A stretch of 64,000 nucleotides of DNA from NCBI GenBank assembly GCA_965221775.1, contig CBDCSU010000006.1:64001-128000 (forward strand), in the 5' to 3' direction. The stretch comes from Candidatus Latescibacterota bacterium. Its GTDB lineage: Bacteria > Latescibacterota > UBA2968 > UBA8231. The notes under the pieces are model-generated. The model made no database searches, was not told the DNA's origin, and saw nothing but the letters and a program-made list of their open reading frames with translations. The translations under genes were made by a program, and so were the position numbers. Positions 8,332 through 17,569 of this stretch are shown here, piece after piece. Within the stretch, counting starts at the first letter, position 1; each line of letters begins with the position of its first letter.

Positions 8332-10341
8332 CTACGCCTCCAGCCCGACGAAGCCCCCGGGGTCGCGCAGGTTTTCCCACGACGTGCGCACCCAGCCCCC
8401 GGGCACGGACCCCACCCGAACCCGGACGTCCAGCAGATCGCCCGCCAGCCGTCCCGTACCCCCCGGCAGGTGCCCCACCGTGAGGGGCGCCGAGCCCTCC
8501 ACCGGGCGCCCTCGGGGCGGCGCCTCGCCGACGAGCTCGCCGTCGATCCACAACTCGGCCCCGCGGCCGGCGCGGTAGACCCCGGCCACGTGGTGCCGCC
8601 CCGCCTCCGGGAGGCGGTGGGCCCGCACCGAGACCGGTCCGTCCTCGCAGTTGACCAGGAAGGAGGCCCCCGGAAGGGCGCCGCCGAGGCCGCCGTTGTG
8701 GCCGCAGTCCATCCACCGCAGCTGGAACCGCGCGCCCTCGCCGGCCGTGTCCAGGCGCAGGACCTGTCCGTGGGAGCGGATCTCTCCCGATGGGTCGTCC
8801 TCCCGCCAGGGCGCCATGTAGAGGAACCTGCCGTCGAAGGCGCCGCCGTTGAACCCCCCGGGGTTCGGCGGCGCCAGGGCGCACCCGTCCGCCGCCTGCC
8901 AGGAGGCCGGGTCGTCGAAGGGGCGGGCGGTGTCGTAGCGCAGGGTGCGGGCGTGGAACCCGAGACCGGGGTCATCGCCCTCCCAGAAGGGGATGAAGTA
9001 GACGAAGCGGCCGTCGAAGGCGGCGCCGTCGTAGCCGCGGGTGCGCAGGCCGCCGATCCCGCCCGCCTCGAAGACCTGCCAGCCGGCGGGGTCGGCGAAG
9101 GGGGCCCGGGTGTCGTAGCGGACCACGCTGGAGTGGGCGTACGGCGTGAAGTAGATCCAGCGGCCGTCGAAGACGGCGCCGACGCACTGGCCGAAGGACC
9201 CCGCCGGCAGCCGACCGGTATCGAAGGCTTCCCAGGCGGCCGGGTCGTCGAAGGGCCGTCGCGGATCGTGGCGCAGAACGGCGCCGCCGGCGAGGGGGGC
9301 GAAGTAGACGTGCCGGCCGTCGTAGAGGGCGCCGTCGTAGTTGGTGCAGTTGAGCCCGCCCGTGGCCCCGGCGTCGTGAACCGCCCAGCTGGCCTCGTCG
9401 TGGAACCGCCCCCCGGTGTCGAGGCGCAGGACGCGGCCGTCGGCGCCGCCGGCCTGGTGATAGCCCGGGGCGAAGTAGGCGTAGCGGCCGTCGAAGGCGC
9501 CGCCCTGGCTGGAGATCGGGCCGCCGGCATCGTGGGCGGACCAGCTCGCCGGGTCGCGGAAGTCGCCGGCGGTGTCGAAGCGCAGGACCCGCCGGTGCAT
9601 CGCCTCGCCGTCGGTGCGCGGCACGTAGTAGACGCAGCGGCCGTCGAAGACGGCGCCGTAGTAGCCGCGGGTGGCCAGGCCCTCCGTGGCGCCGGCGTCG
9701 CAGCCCTCCCAGGCGGCGGGGTCGTCGAAGGGCCGGCGCGTGTCGTAGCGCAGGGCCTGCCCGTGGCGGCCCTCGTCGTTGCACTGGGGGGCGAAGTAGA
9801 CATGGCGGCCGTCGAAGACGGCGCCGAAGAAGCCCCGCGTCAGGAGGCCGTCGGTGGACCCGGCGTCAAAGGTGGCGAAGCCGGCCATCTCCCCGGCGAA
9901 GACCCACTGGGCGGCGATCACCTGCGCCGCCTCGGCCCGCACCTCCTCGGCGGCGAGCCAGCCCTCGACGACGAAGTCGTCTGCCGCCGGAGCGCGGCCG
10001 GTCTCCCTGCTGGCGAAGAAGGCGTAGTCGGAGAACCCGCCCCCGGCGGCCGAAGCCTCGCCGAGGTCCAGGAACAGCCGGGCATCGCGCCCCCGCTCCA
10101 GGCGCCGGATCTCGATCCAGCCCTCGACCCGCCCGGTGGCCTCGTCGGCCGTCAGCCGGTGGGGCACCTCGCCCTCCGAGTCCCGTACGCGCATGCCCGA
10201 TCCCGCGGCTGCCCGCGCGCCGGCGGGCAGGACGAGATCGACGCGGACCGGGAAGCGCTCCAGGTCCCCGTGGACGCGCTCTCCGGCGACGCGCAGCTTC
10301 AGGGTGAGAGGTTCCGTGGCCAGGACGCGGCTCCGGTTCAT
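8332..10341 (-). CDS. Seven-repeat beta-propeller protein with LamG/ConA-like and DUF2341-like segments
   Basis: Start MNRSRVL (ATG at 10341). Seven GA(V/A)FDGRxxY(F/Y)xP...LRYDT repeats and a C-terminal HHVAGVY...LWIDGELV...GDLLDVRV segment. Confidence 0.7.
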   Translation of the reverse strand: MNRSRVLATEPLTLKLRVAGERVHGDLERFPVRVDLVLPAGARAAAGSGMRVRDSEGEVPHRLTADEATGRVEGWIEIRRLERGRDARLFLDLGEASAAGGGFSDYAFFASRETGRAPAADDFVVEGWLAAEEVRAEAAQVIAAQWVFAGEMAGFATFDAGSTDGLLTRGFFGAVFDGRHVYFAPQCNDEGRHGQALRYDTRRPFDDPAAWEGCDAGATEGLATRGYYGAVFDGRCVYYVPRTDGEAMHRRVLRFDTAGDFRDPASWSAHDAGGPISSQGGAFDGRYAYFAPGYHQAGGADGRVLRLDTGGRFHDEASWAVHDAGATGGLNCTNYDGALYDGRHVYFAPLAGGAVLRHDPRRPFDDPAAWEAFDTGRLPAGSFGQCVGAVFDGRWIYFTPYAHSSVVRYDTRAPFADPAGWQVFEAGGIGGLRTRGYDGAAFDGRFVYFIPFWEGDDPGLGFHARTLRYDTARPFDDPASWQAADGCALAPPNPGGFNGGAFDGRFLYMAPWREDDPSGEIRSHGQVLRLDTAGEGARFQLRWMDCGHNGGLGGALPGASFLVNCEDGPVSVRAHRLPEAGRHHVAGVYRAGRGAELWIDGELVGEAPPRGRPVEGSAPLTVGHLPGGTGRLAGDLLDVRVRVGSVPGGWVRTSWENLRDPGGFVGLEA

Positions 10342-10373
10342 CGATCCGATGGGTGCCGGGTCGCCACCCCGGG

Positions 10374-11645
10374 CTAGGACCGCTGCTCGCGCACCGGCCC
10401 GTGCTGCAGGCGGGCGTAGAAGTCGGCCCACTCCTTGGAGCCGTCGTCCTCCCGGATCTCCAGCCTGACCCCCGGCTCCTGGGCCGGATCGTTGCCGGCC
10501 TGCCGGAAGTGCGGCCAGCACTGGTCGCGCATGCTGGAGAAGTGCACGACGCGGCCGCCCTCCCAGACCACCGAGAGGATGTGGCGCGGCGTCTCCACCT
10601 GGTACGGGGGTTCCATGGCGCAGCGGCTGAGGGCCTCCTCGTCGACGTCGACGCCGAGACCCGGCCCCTCGGGCACGCGCAGGTACCCGCCGCGGATGGT
10701 GAGGGGCTCGCGCAGCAGGTCGTCGGTGTAGTTGTTCAGACAGGTGATCGCCGGCCACTGGGCGAAGTTCAGCACCGCCCCGAGATGGGCGGCGAAGGCG
10801 GTCACCAGGCCGACGCCGACCATCTGCAGCCAGAAGGGCTTCTCGAACTCGGCGGCCAGCTGGCCCTGGCGCAGCACGGCGGAGACGCCGCCGCCGATGA
10901 CGAAGCCGTCGCAGACCGCTTCCTTCACCGCCGTGGGAAAGGGGGGCGCCCCGAAGTGGAGGGCGATCGGCCGGGAGACCTTGCGCCGCAGCTCGCGCTG
11001 GCCCTCCACGTCGCCCTGGTTGATGGGGCCCTCGTAGATGGAGACCCGCTCGTACCCGTCGAGGCGCTGCAGGACGGGGGCCGCGGTGCCGACGTTGAGG
11101 AGCATGCCGTTCCAGTCGAGGTCGAGGCGGTAGTGGCGGGGGGTGACGGCGCTGACGGCCTCCACCTGCTGGTAGACGTCGATCCAGGGGCGGGTCTTGA
11201 ACTTGTGGAAGATGTAGCCCTGGGCCACCGCGTCTTTCGCCTCCTCGGCCAGGTCCTCGGGGCCCATCTTGGTGTTCCACCAGGCGATGGGGCACCAGTC
11301 GCGCACCTTGGGCAGGTTGAACAGCTTGTACGCGGGTACCCCCAGGGCCTTGCCGACCACGTCGTAGAGGGCCATCTGCAGACCGGCGCCGAGGCTGTCG
11401 TCGCCGAGCAGCTCGGCGGGGTTGCGGCCGCGCACGCCCTCCAGCGACGCGTCGCTCACCGGCCCCCAGGTGTAGTGCGGCAGGGTCTCGCCGTAGCCGA
11501 CACTGCCGTCGTCGGTGGTGACGCGGATGATCTCGACGATCTGCCACTGCCAGACGAGCAGCGCGTTCCAGCGGCTCACGCGCTCGGTGAAGGGCACGCG
11601 CACGGTGATGCGCTCGACCTCCTGGATGCGCAGGGGGGCGGGCAT
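10374..11645 (-). CDS. Mandelate racemase/muconate lactonizing (enolase superfamily) enzyme
   Basis: Start MPAPLRIQ (ATG at 11645). Motifs VTTDDGSVGYGE, MALYDVVGKALGVP, KFK, DWN and EGP. Confidence 0.85.
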   Translation of the reverse strand: MPAPLRIQEVERITVRVPFTERVSRWNALLVWQWQIVEIIRVTTDDGSVGYGETLPHYTWGPVSDASLEGVRGRNPAELLGDDSLGAGLQMALYDVVGKALGVPAYKLFNLPKVRDWCPIAWWNTKMGPEDLAEEAKDAVAQGYIFHKFKTRPWIDVYQQVEAVSAVTPRHYRLDLDWNGMLLNVGTAAPVLQRLDGYERVSIYEGPINQGDVEGQRELRRKVSRPIALHFGAPPFPTAVKEAVCDGFVIGGGVSAVLRQGQLAAEFEKPFWLQMVGVGLVTAFAAHLGAVLNFAQWPAITCLNNYTDDLLREPLTIRGGYLRVPEGPGLGVDVDEEALSRCAMEPPYQVETPRHILSVVWEGGRVVHFSSMRDQCWPHFRQAGNDPAQEPGVRLEIREDDGSKEWADFYARLQHGPVREQRS

Positions 11646-11936
11646 GGGACTCTCCAGGCTGGAGGGTGAGGGGCGGGATGGTTCCCGCCCGGGGCAGGAC
11701 CCCCGGCCGGCGGACCCGGGCCGCCAGGGCCGAGGCCGGCGGCCAAGGGCTCTCGGCCGCCAAGGTAGGAGCCTCCCGGCCCGGTCACAAGCGGACGCTG
11801 GCAGGCTCCCGGACCGCTTGACGATCTCGAGCCACCCCGCGTAACCTTTTGTGGATTCTGCACCTTGGCGGACTTGCCGAGGCACCGCAGCCGCCTTCCC
11901 CACCGGTCCCGAGCACCCTCCCCGGAGTCGCGCCAC

Positions 11937-12416
11937 TTGATACGCGCCGTCAGCCTGGGCCTCCTCTCCTTCGCCGTCTGGCTTCTCTGGTCCGGCCACT
12001 ACACCCCCCTGCTGCTGACCTTGGGCGCCGGTTCCTGCTTCCTCGTCGTCCTCATCGCCCGGCGCATGGAGGTCCTCGACGAGGAGGGGGTGCCCGTTCA
12101 CGTCGGGCCGCGGCTCCTCCTCTACCTCCCCTGGCTCATGTGGGCCATCGTCCGGGCCAACATCGACGTGGCCCTGCGCATCCTGCGGCCGGGAACGCCC
12201 ATCTCCCCGCGCCTGCTGCGGGTCCGGCCGGGACAGAGGACGAGCGTGGGCCGCGCCATCTACGCCAACTCGATCACCCTGACGCCGGGGACCCTGACCT
12301 GCGATGCCGACGGCGAGGGGTTCACGGTCCACGCCCTGACCCGGGAGGCGGCCGAGGAGCTGGAGTCGGGCGCCATGGACCGGCGGGTGCGGCTTCTAGA
12401 GGGCCGGGAGGACTGA
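11937..12416 (+). CDS. mrpE: Mrp/Mnh Na+/H+ antiporter subunit E
   Basis: WLLWSGH and ANSITLTPGT motifs; TTG start at 11937 after GGAG (ORF track starts at 11865). Confidence 0.9.
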   Translation: MIRAVSLGLLSFAVWLLWSGHYTPLLLTLGAGSCFLVVLIARRMEVLDEEGVPVHVGPRLLLYLPWLMWAIVRANIDVALRILRPGTPISPRLLRVRPGQRTSVGRAIYANSITLTPGTLTCDADGEGFTVHALTREAAEELESGAMDRRVRLLEGRED

Positions 12417-12421
12417 GAGCC

Positions 12422-12700
12422 GTGTTCGCGATGACCATGGCCGCCGTGCTGTTCACCATGGCGCTGGCCCTGGCGCGCACCGCCCTCGGTCCAACGGTGT
12501 ACGACCGCGTCCTCGGGGCCAACATGTGCGGCACCAAGACGGTGCTGCTCATCGCCGTCCTCGGCTTCCTCACGGGGCGGCCCGAGTTCCTCGACCTGGC
12601 CCTGATCTACGTCCTCATCAACTTCATCTCCACCGTGGCGATCCTGAAGTTCGTCCAGTACGGGAGCTTCCACGGACCCGGGCGGGTGGGCCGCCGCTGA
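12422..12700 (+). CDS. mrpF: Mrp antiporter subunit F
   Basis: GPTVYDRVLGAN and LDLALIYVLINFI. Confidence 0.9.
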   Translation: MFAMTMAAVLFTMALALARTALGPTVYDRVLGANMCGTKTVLLIAVLGFLTGRPEFLDLALIYVLINFISTVAILKFVQYGSFHGPGRVGRR

Positions 12701-12702
12701 CC

Positions 12703-13044
12703 ATGGACCTCATCGACCTGGCCAGCTGGGTGCTGCTGATGTCGGGGGCCTTCTTCTGCGTCGTCGGCGGCGTCGGGCTGCACCGGCTGCCCGACTTCTT
12801 CAGCCGCATGCACGGCGCCGGCGTCACCGACACCCTGGGCGCCGGGCTGGTCCTCGGGGGGCTGATGCTGCAGGCGGGGTGGACGCTGGTGCTGGTCAAG
12901 CTGGTCTTCGTCCTCGCCCTGTTGTGGATCACCGGTCCGACGGCGGCGCACGCCATCGCCAAGGCGGCCCTCGAGGACGGGCTGGAGCCCCACACCGGAG
13001 AGCCGGAGGCCCCCCCCTCCGGGAGGGAGGGCGACTCCTCGTGA
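12703..13044 (+). CDS. mrpG: Mrp antiporter subunit G
   Basis: GLHRLPDFFSRMHGAGVTDTLG and PTAAHAIAKAA. Confidence 0.9.
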   Translation: MDLIDLASWVLLMSGAFFCVVGGVGLHRLPDFFSRMHGAGVTDTLGAGLVLGGLMLQAGWTLVLVKLVFVLALLWITGPTAAHAIAKAALEDGLEPHTGEPEAPPSGREGDSS

Positions 13045-13586
13045 CCGGGCTGATCGACCTCAGCCTCCTCCTCTTCCTGGCCGGTATCGCCGTGGCCGTG
13101 GCCCGTCTCCACAACCTCCTCGCCGTGGTCGTCTTCCTCGGCTTCTACACCCTCGTCTCGGCCGCCCTCTTCACGGTCCTCGACGCCGTCGACGTGGCCT
13201 TCACCGAGGCCGCTGTCGGCGCCGGCGTGTCCACCGTCCTCATGCTCGCCACGCTGCTGCTGACGACGAGGCAGGAGAAGCACGGACAGCCCACGGTCGT
13301 GCCCTTCCTCGTGGTGGTGATCACCGGGGCCGCCCTGGTCTTCGCAACCCTCGACATGCCGAGCTACGGCGACCCCGCGGCGCCGGTCCACCGGCACGTG
13401 GCGCCGCGCTACATCGAGCGCTCGGGCGAGGAGATCGGCGTGCCCAACATCGTCACCTCCGTGCTGGCCAGCTACCGGGGCTACGACACCCTCGGCGAGC
13501 TGACCGTGATCTTCACCGCCGGCGTCGGCGTACTGCTGCTCCTGGGCGGACGCCCGCGGCCCCGGGGCGGGGGGGGTGCCTCGTGA
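13041..13586 (+). CDS. mrpB: Mrp subunit B-like protein (DUF4040 / MrpA C-terminal part)
   Basis: AVDVAFTEAAVGAG and NIVTSVLASYRGYDTLGE; GTG start overlaps the mrpG stop. Confidence 0.85.
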   Translation: MTGLIDLSLLLFLAGIAVAVARLHNLLAVVVFLGFYTLVSAALFTVLDAVDVAFTEAAVGAGVSTVLMLATLLLTTRQEKHGQPTVVPFLVVVITGAALVFATLDMPSYGDPAAPVHRHVAPRYIERSGEEIGVPNIVTSVLASYRGYDTLGELTVIFTAGVGVLLLLGGRPRPRGGGGAS

Positions 13587-14017
13587 GCCACCATCTCATC
13601 CTCCGGGTCGCGGCCAAGCTGCTGATCCCCTTCATCCTCATCTTCGCCCTCTACGTGCAGTTCCACGGCGACTACGGCCCCGGAGGGGGATTCCAGGCCG
13701 GGGTGATCTTCGCCGCCGCCTTCGTCCTCTACGCCCTCGTCTTCGGCGTCGAGGCGGCCCGGCGGATCGCCCCCGCCCGCCTGCTCGAGGCGGGGATCGC
13801 CGGCGGCGTGCTGCTCTTCGCGGGGACCGGTCTGGCGTGCATGCTGATGGGCGGCCACTTCCTCGACTACGACTTCCTCGCCGCCGATGCCGTGGAGGGC
13901 CAGCACCACGGCATCCTGCTCGTCGAGCTGGGGGTGGGAATCACCGTGGCCGCGGTGATGATCGCCGTCTTCCTCGCCTTCGCCGGGCGCAAGGGGGATT
14001 CGTGCACGTCGGGCTGA
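13583..14017 (+). CDS. mrpB: Mrp antiporter subunit B
   Basis: HGDYGPGGGFQAG and ELGVG. Confidence 0.9.
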   Translation: MSHHLILRVAAKLLIPFILIFALYVQFHGDYGPGGGFQAGVIFAAAFVLYALVFGVEAARRIAPARLLEAGIAGGVLLFAGTGLACMLMGGHFLDYDFLAADAVEGQHHGILLVELGVGITVAAVMIAVFLAFAGRKGDSCTSG

Positions 14018-14349
14018 TGAACTACTGGGTCGTCGTCTTCCTGATGATGACCGGCTTCTACATCGTCATGTCGAGCCGCAACCTGATCAAGAAGATGGTC
14101 GGCCTGGGCCTCTTCCAGACCTCGGTCTTCATCCTCTACATCACCATGGGCAAGATGGAGGGAGGGACGGCGCCGATCCTCACGGAGGCGGGCGCCGCCT
14201 ACTCCAATCCCCTGCCCCACGTCCTCATCCTCACCGCCATCGTCGTCGGTATCGCCACGACGGCCCTGGGCCTGGCCCTCATCGTCCGCATCCAGGAAGC
14301 CTACGGCACCGTGGAGGAGGACGAGATCCACGCCGCCGACGCCGGGTGA
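14017..14349 (+). CDS. mrpC: Mrp antiporter subunit C
   Basis: NLIKK and NPLPHVLILTAIVVG; TGATG coupling to mrpB. Confidence 0.9.
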   Translation: MNYWVVVFLMMTGFYIVMSSRNLIKKMVGLGLFQTSVFILYITMGKMEGGTAPILTEAGAAYSNPLPHVLILTAIVVGIATTALGLALIVRIQEAYGTVEEDEIHAADAG

Positions 14350-15833
14350 GCCTCTCCGAGCACCTGCCGGTCCTGCAGATCGTCGTGCCCCTCGCGGCAT
14401 CGCCGGTCTGCGTCCTCCTGCGCCGCCGCCGCTGGAGCTGGGGCCTGGCCCTGGCCGCCGCCTGGACCGCCTTCGGCGTCGCCGCCCTGCTGCTCCACCG
14501 GGCCCTGGCCGAAGGCGTCGTCGTCTACGCTCTCGGCGGCTGGGAGCCGCCCTGGGGCATCGAGTACCGCGTCGACCCGGTGAACGCCTTCGTCCTGCTC
14601 CTGGTGGCCCTCATCGGCGCCGTGGTCCTGCTCTACACGCCGCGCAGCCTCGCCGCCGAGTTGCCCGACATCCGGGCCGGCCTGTTCTACAGCGCCTGCC
14701 TGCTCTGCCTCACCGGGCTCATGGGCATGGCGATCACCGGGGACGTCTTCAACCTCTTCGTCTTCCTCGAGATCTCCTCCCTGTCGAGCTATACCCTCAT
14801 CGCCCTCGGGCGGGACCGGCGCGCCCTGAGCGCCTCCTTCCAGTACCTCATCATGGGGACGGTGGGGGCGACCTTCTTCGTCATCGGCATCGGCCTGCTC
14901 TACATGATGACGGGCACCCTCAACATGGTCGACCTGGCCCAGCGCCTGCAGCCGGTGGTGCACACGCGCACGGTGCTGGCCGCCTTCGCCTTCCTCACCG
15001 TGGGGGTCGGCCTCAAGCTGGCCCTCTTCCCGCTGCACCTGTGGCTGCCCAACGCCTATGCCCACGCCCCCTCGGCGGTGACCGCCCTGCTCGCGGCGAC
15101 GGCGACCAAGGTCTCGGTCTACGTCTTCCTGCGGTTCTACTACGGGATCTTCGGCCCCGCCTTCGCCTTCGGGACCCTCGGCATGGACGCGCTGCTCGTC
15201 GGCCTGGGGCTGGCGGGGGTCTTCGTCGCCTCCCTGGTGGCCCTCTCCCAGGAGAACCTCAAGCGCCTCCTCGCCTGGTCGAGCATCGCCCAGGTCGGCT
15301 ACATGATCGTCGGCGTCGGGCTGGGCTCGGCCACGGGGCTGACGGCGACCCTGGTGCACCTCTTCAACCACGCCGTGACCAAGGGCGCCCTGTTCCTCGC
15401 CGTGGGCTGCATGGTGGCCCGCCTCGGCGCCTGCGAGCTGGATGACCTGCGGGGCATGGGCCGGCGCATGCCGGTGACTACGGCGGCCGTCGTCCTCGGC
15501 GGGCTGAGCCTGATCGGGGTGCCGCTCACGGCGGGCTTCGTCAGCAAGTGGTACCTGGTGCTCGCCGCCGTGGAGCGCGGCTGGTGGCCGGTGGCGGTCC
15601 TCGTCCTCCTCGGCTCGCTGATCGCCGTCGGCTACGTCTGGCGGGTCGTGGAGGCCGCCTACTTCCAGCCCGCCGAGGGCCGCACCGCCGAGGTCTCGGA
15701 GGCGCCCGGCTCGATGCTGGTCCCCACCTGGATCCTGGTGGGCGCCACCCTCTGGTTCGGGATCACCGCCGTCTTCACCGCCGGCGTCGCCCGCCGGGGG
15801 GCGGAGGTGCTCATGGCAGGTCTGGCGCCGTGA
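14346..15833 (+). CDS. mrpD: Mrp antiporter subunit D (proton-conducting membrane transporter)
   Basis: GDVFNLFVFLEI, KLALFPLHLWLPNAY, KRLLAWSS and GVPLTAGFVSKW. Confidence 0.9.
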   Translation: MSLSEHLPVLQIVVPLAASPVCVLLRRRRWSWGLALAAAWTAFGVAALLLHRALAEGVVVYALGGWEPPWGIEYRVDPVNAFVLLLVALIGAVVLLYTPRSLAAELPDIRAGLFYSACLLCLTGLMGMAITGDVFNLFVFLEISSLSSYTLIALGRDRRALSASFQYLIMGTVGATFFVIGIGLLYMMTGTLNMVDLAQRLQPVVHTRTVLAAFAFLTVGVGLKLALFPLHLWLPNAYAHAPSAVTALLAATATKVSVYVFLRFYYGIFGPAFAFGTLGMDALLVGLGLAGVFVASLVALSQENLKRLLAWSSIAQVGYMIVGVGLGSATGLTATLVHLFNHAVTKGALFLAVGCMVARLGACELDDLRGMGRRMPVTTAAVVLGGLSLIGVPLTAGFVSKWYLVLAAVERGWWPVAVLVLLGSLIAVGYVWRVVEAAYFQPAEGRTAEVSEAPGSMLVPTWILVGATLWFGITAVFTAGVARRGAEVLMAGLAP

Positions 15834-17299
15834 CCGCCGAGACCGCCCTCCTGCTGGCCGTCCTGCTCCCGGCCGGGGCGGCGGGGTTGGTGGCCCTGGC
15901 CGGGGGGCGGCCGAACCTCCGGGACGGTCTGAGCCTGGCGGCGGGGGCCGCCACCTTCGGCGTCGTCCTCACCCTCGTGCCCACCGTCGCCGCCGGCCGG
16001 CTTCCGGAGGTGGTCCTCCTCGAAGTGGTGCCCGGCCTCGATCTCGCCTTCCACGCCGAGCCCCTGGGCATGGTCTTCGCGCTCGTGGCCTCGGGCCTGT
16101 GGATCGTCACCACCCTCTACGGCATCGGCTACATGCGCGGCCACCACGAGGGGAACCAGACCCGGTTCTTCTTCTTCTTCGCCGTCGCCATCGGCGCCGC
16201 CCTGGGCGTGGCCTTCGCCCGCAACCTGCTGACCCTGTTCATCTTCTACGAGGTCCTCACCCTCTCCACCTATCCCCTGGTCACCCACCGGCGCACGGAC
16301 GAGGCCCGCGCCGGGGGCCGAGTCTACCTGGGGATCCTCATGACCACGTCGGTGGCCTTCCTGCTGCTGGCCGTGGCCTGGACCTACGCCGCCGCGGGCA
16401 CCCTCGACTTCGAGGCCGGCGGCATCCTCGCCGGCAAGGTGGAGGGCCCCGGTCTCTACCTGCTCCTGGGGCTGTTCGCCTTCGGCACCGGCAAGGCGGC
16501 GCTCATGCCCTTCCACCGCTGGCTGCCGGCGGCGATGGTGGCTCCGGCGCCGGTGAGCGCCCTGCTGCACGCGGTGGCCGTGGTCAAGGCGGGGGTGTTC
16601 ACCATCCTCAAGCTGCTGGTCTATCTCTTCGGCCTCGATTACCTGAGCGAGACCGGCGCCAGCGTGTGGCTCATGTACGCCGCCGGGGCCACGGTCCTGG
16701 CAGCCTCCCTGGTGGCCATGACCCGGGACAACCTCAAGGCGAGGCTCGCCTACTCGACGGTGAGCCAGCTCTCCTACATCGTCCTCGGAGCGGCCCTGGC
16801 CACGCCGCTGGCCGTGGTCGGCGGGGCGATGCACATCGTCATGCACGCCTTCGGCAAGATCACCCTGTTCTTCTGCGCCGGCGCCATCGACGTGGCCCTC
16901 CACAAGACCGAGGTCAGCGACATGCGCGGCATCGGCCGGCGGATGCCCTTCACCATGGCCGCCTTCCTCGTGGGCGCCCTGTGCGTCATCGGCCTGCCGC
17001 CGCTGGGCGGCTTGTGGAGCAAGTGGTACCTGTTCCTCGGGGCCCTGGAGGCGGGGCAGCGGGTCTTCGTGGCGGTGCTCATGGTGAGCTCCCTGCTCAA
17101 CATCGCCTACCTCGTGCCGATCCCGGTGCGCGCCTTCTTCTCCCGCCCCGGCGAGGACGGTACCGGCCTCCGGGAGGCCCCGGTGTTGTGTCTCCTGCCC
17201 CTCGCGCTCACGGCCCTGGGGTGCGTGGTCCTGTTCTTCCAGGCCGGGCCGATCTACCGGTTCCTGGCGGCACTGGCCCCGGGTCTGGCGGGAGACTGA
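15830..17299 (+). CDS. mrpD: Second MrpD/MrpA-like proton-conducting transporter subunit
   Basis: NLLTLFIFYE, PFHRWLPAAMVAPAPVSALLHAVAVVKAG and KARLAYSTVSQL. Confidence 0.85.
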   Translation: MTAETALLLAVLLPAGAAGLVALAGGRPNLRDGLSLAAGAATFGVVLTLVPTVAAGRLPEVVLLEVVPGLDLAFHAEPLGMVFALVASGLWIVTTLYGIGYMRGHHEGNQTRFFFFFAVAIGAALGVAFARNLLTLFIFYEVLTLSTYPLVTHRRTDEARAGGRVYLGILMTTSVAFLLLAVAWTYAAAGTLDFEAGGILAGKVEGPGLYLLLGLFAFGTGKAALMPFHRWLPAAMVAPAPVSALLHAVAVVKAGVFTILKLLVYLFGLDYLSETGASVWLMYAAGATVLAASLVAMTRDNLKARLAYSTVSQLSYIVLGAALATPLAVVGGAMHIVMHAFGKITLFFCAGAIDVALHKTEVSDMRGIGRRMPFTMAAFLVGALCVIGLPPLGGLWSKWYLFLGALEAGQRVFVAVLMVSSLLNIAYLVPIPVRAFFSRPGEDGTGLREAPVLCLLPLALTALGCVVLFFQAGPIYRFLAALAPGLAGD

Positions 17300-17302
17300 C
17301 CG

Positions 17303-17569
17303 ATGGAATCCTCCGGCAAGCGCCACCTCTTCGACGACGCGCGCAACGTGAAGCGCATCATCCGGCTGCTCTTCGCCTGCTGCGCCGTCCTCCTGGCGTC
17401 GGACTTCGTGATCCACCGCCACCTGAGCTTCCGGGAGGGCCTCCTCGACTCCGAGGGCTGGTACGGCTTCTACCCGGTGTACGGGTTCGTCGCCTGCGTC
17501 CTGCTGGTGCTGGCGGCCCGGCAGATGCGCAAGTTCCTCATGCGCGGCGAGGACTACTATGAGCGGTAG
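17303..17569 (+). CDS. Small two-TM membrane protein within the mrp operon
   Basis: Two hydrophobic segments; C-terminal GFYPVYGFVAC...MRGEDYYE; overlaps the next gene. Confidence 0.75.
   Translation: MESSGKRHLFDDARNVKRIIRLLFACCAVLLASDFVIHRHLSFREGLLDSEGWYGFYPVYGFVACVLLVLAARQMRKFLMRGEDYYER

Noticed and set aside
8750-9870. Periodic DNA repeats (gccgtcgaag...) as a possible CRISPR or VNTR
   Set aside because: They are degenerate, in-frame coding repeats of propeller blades; there are no identical repeats with spacers and no cas genes.
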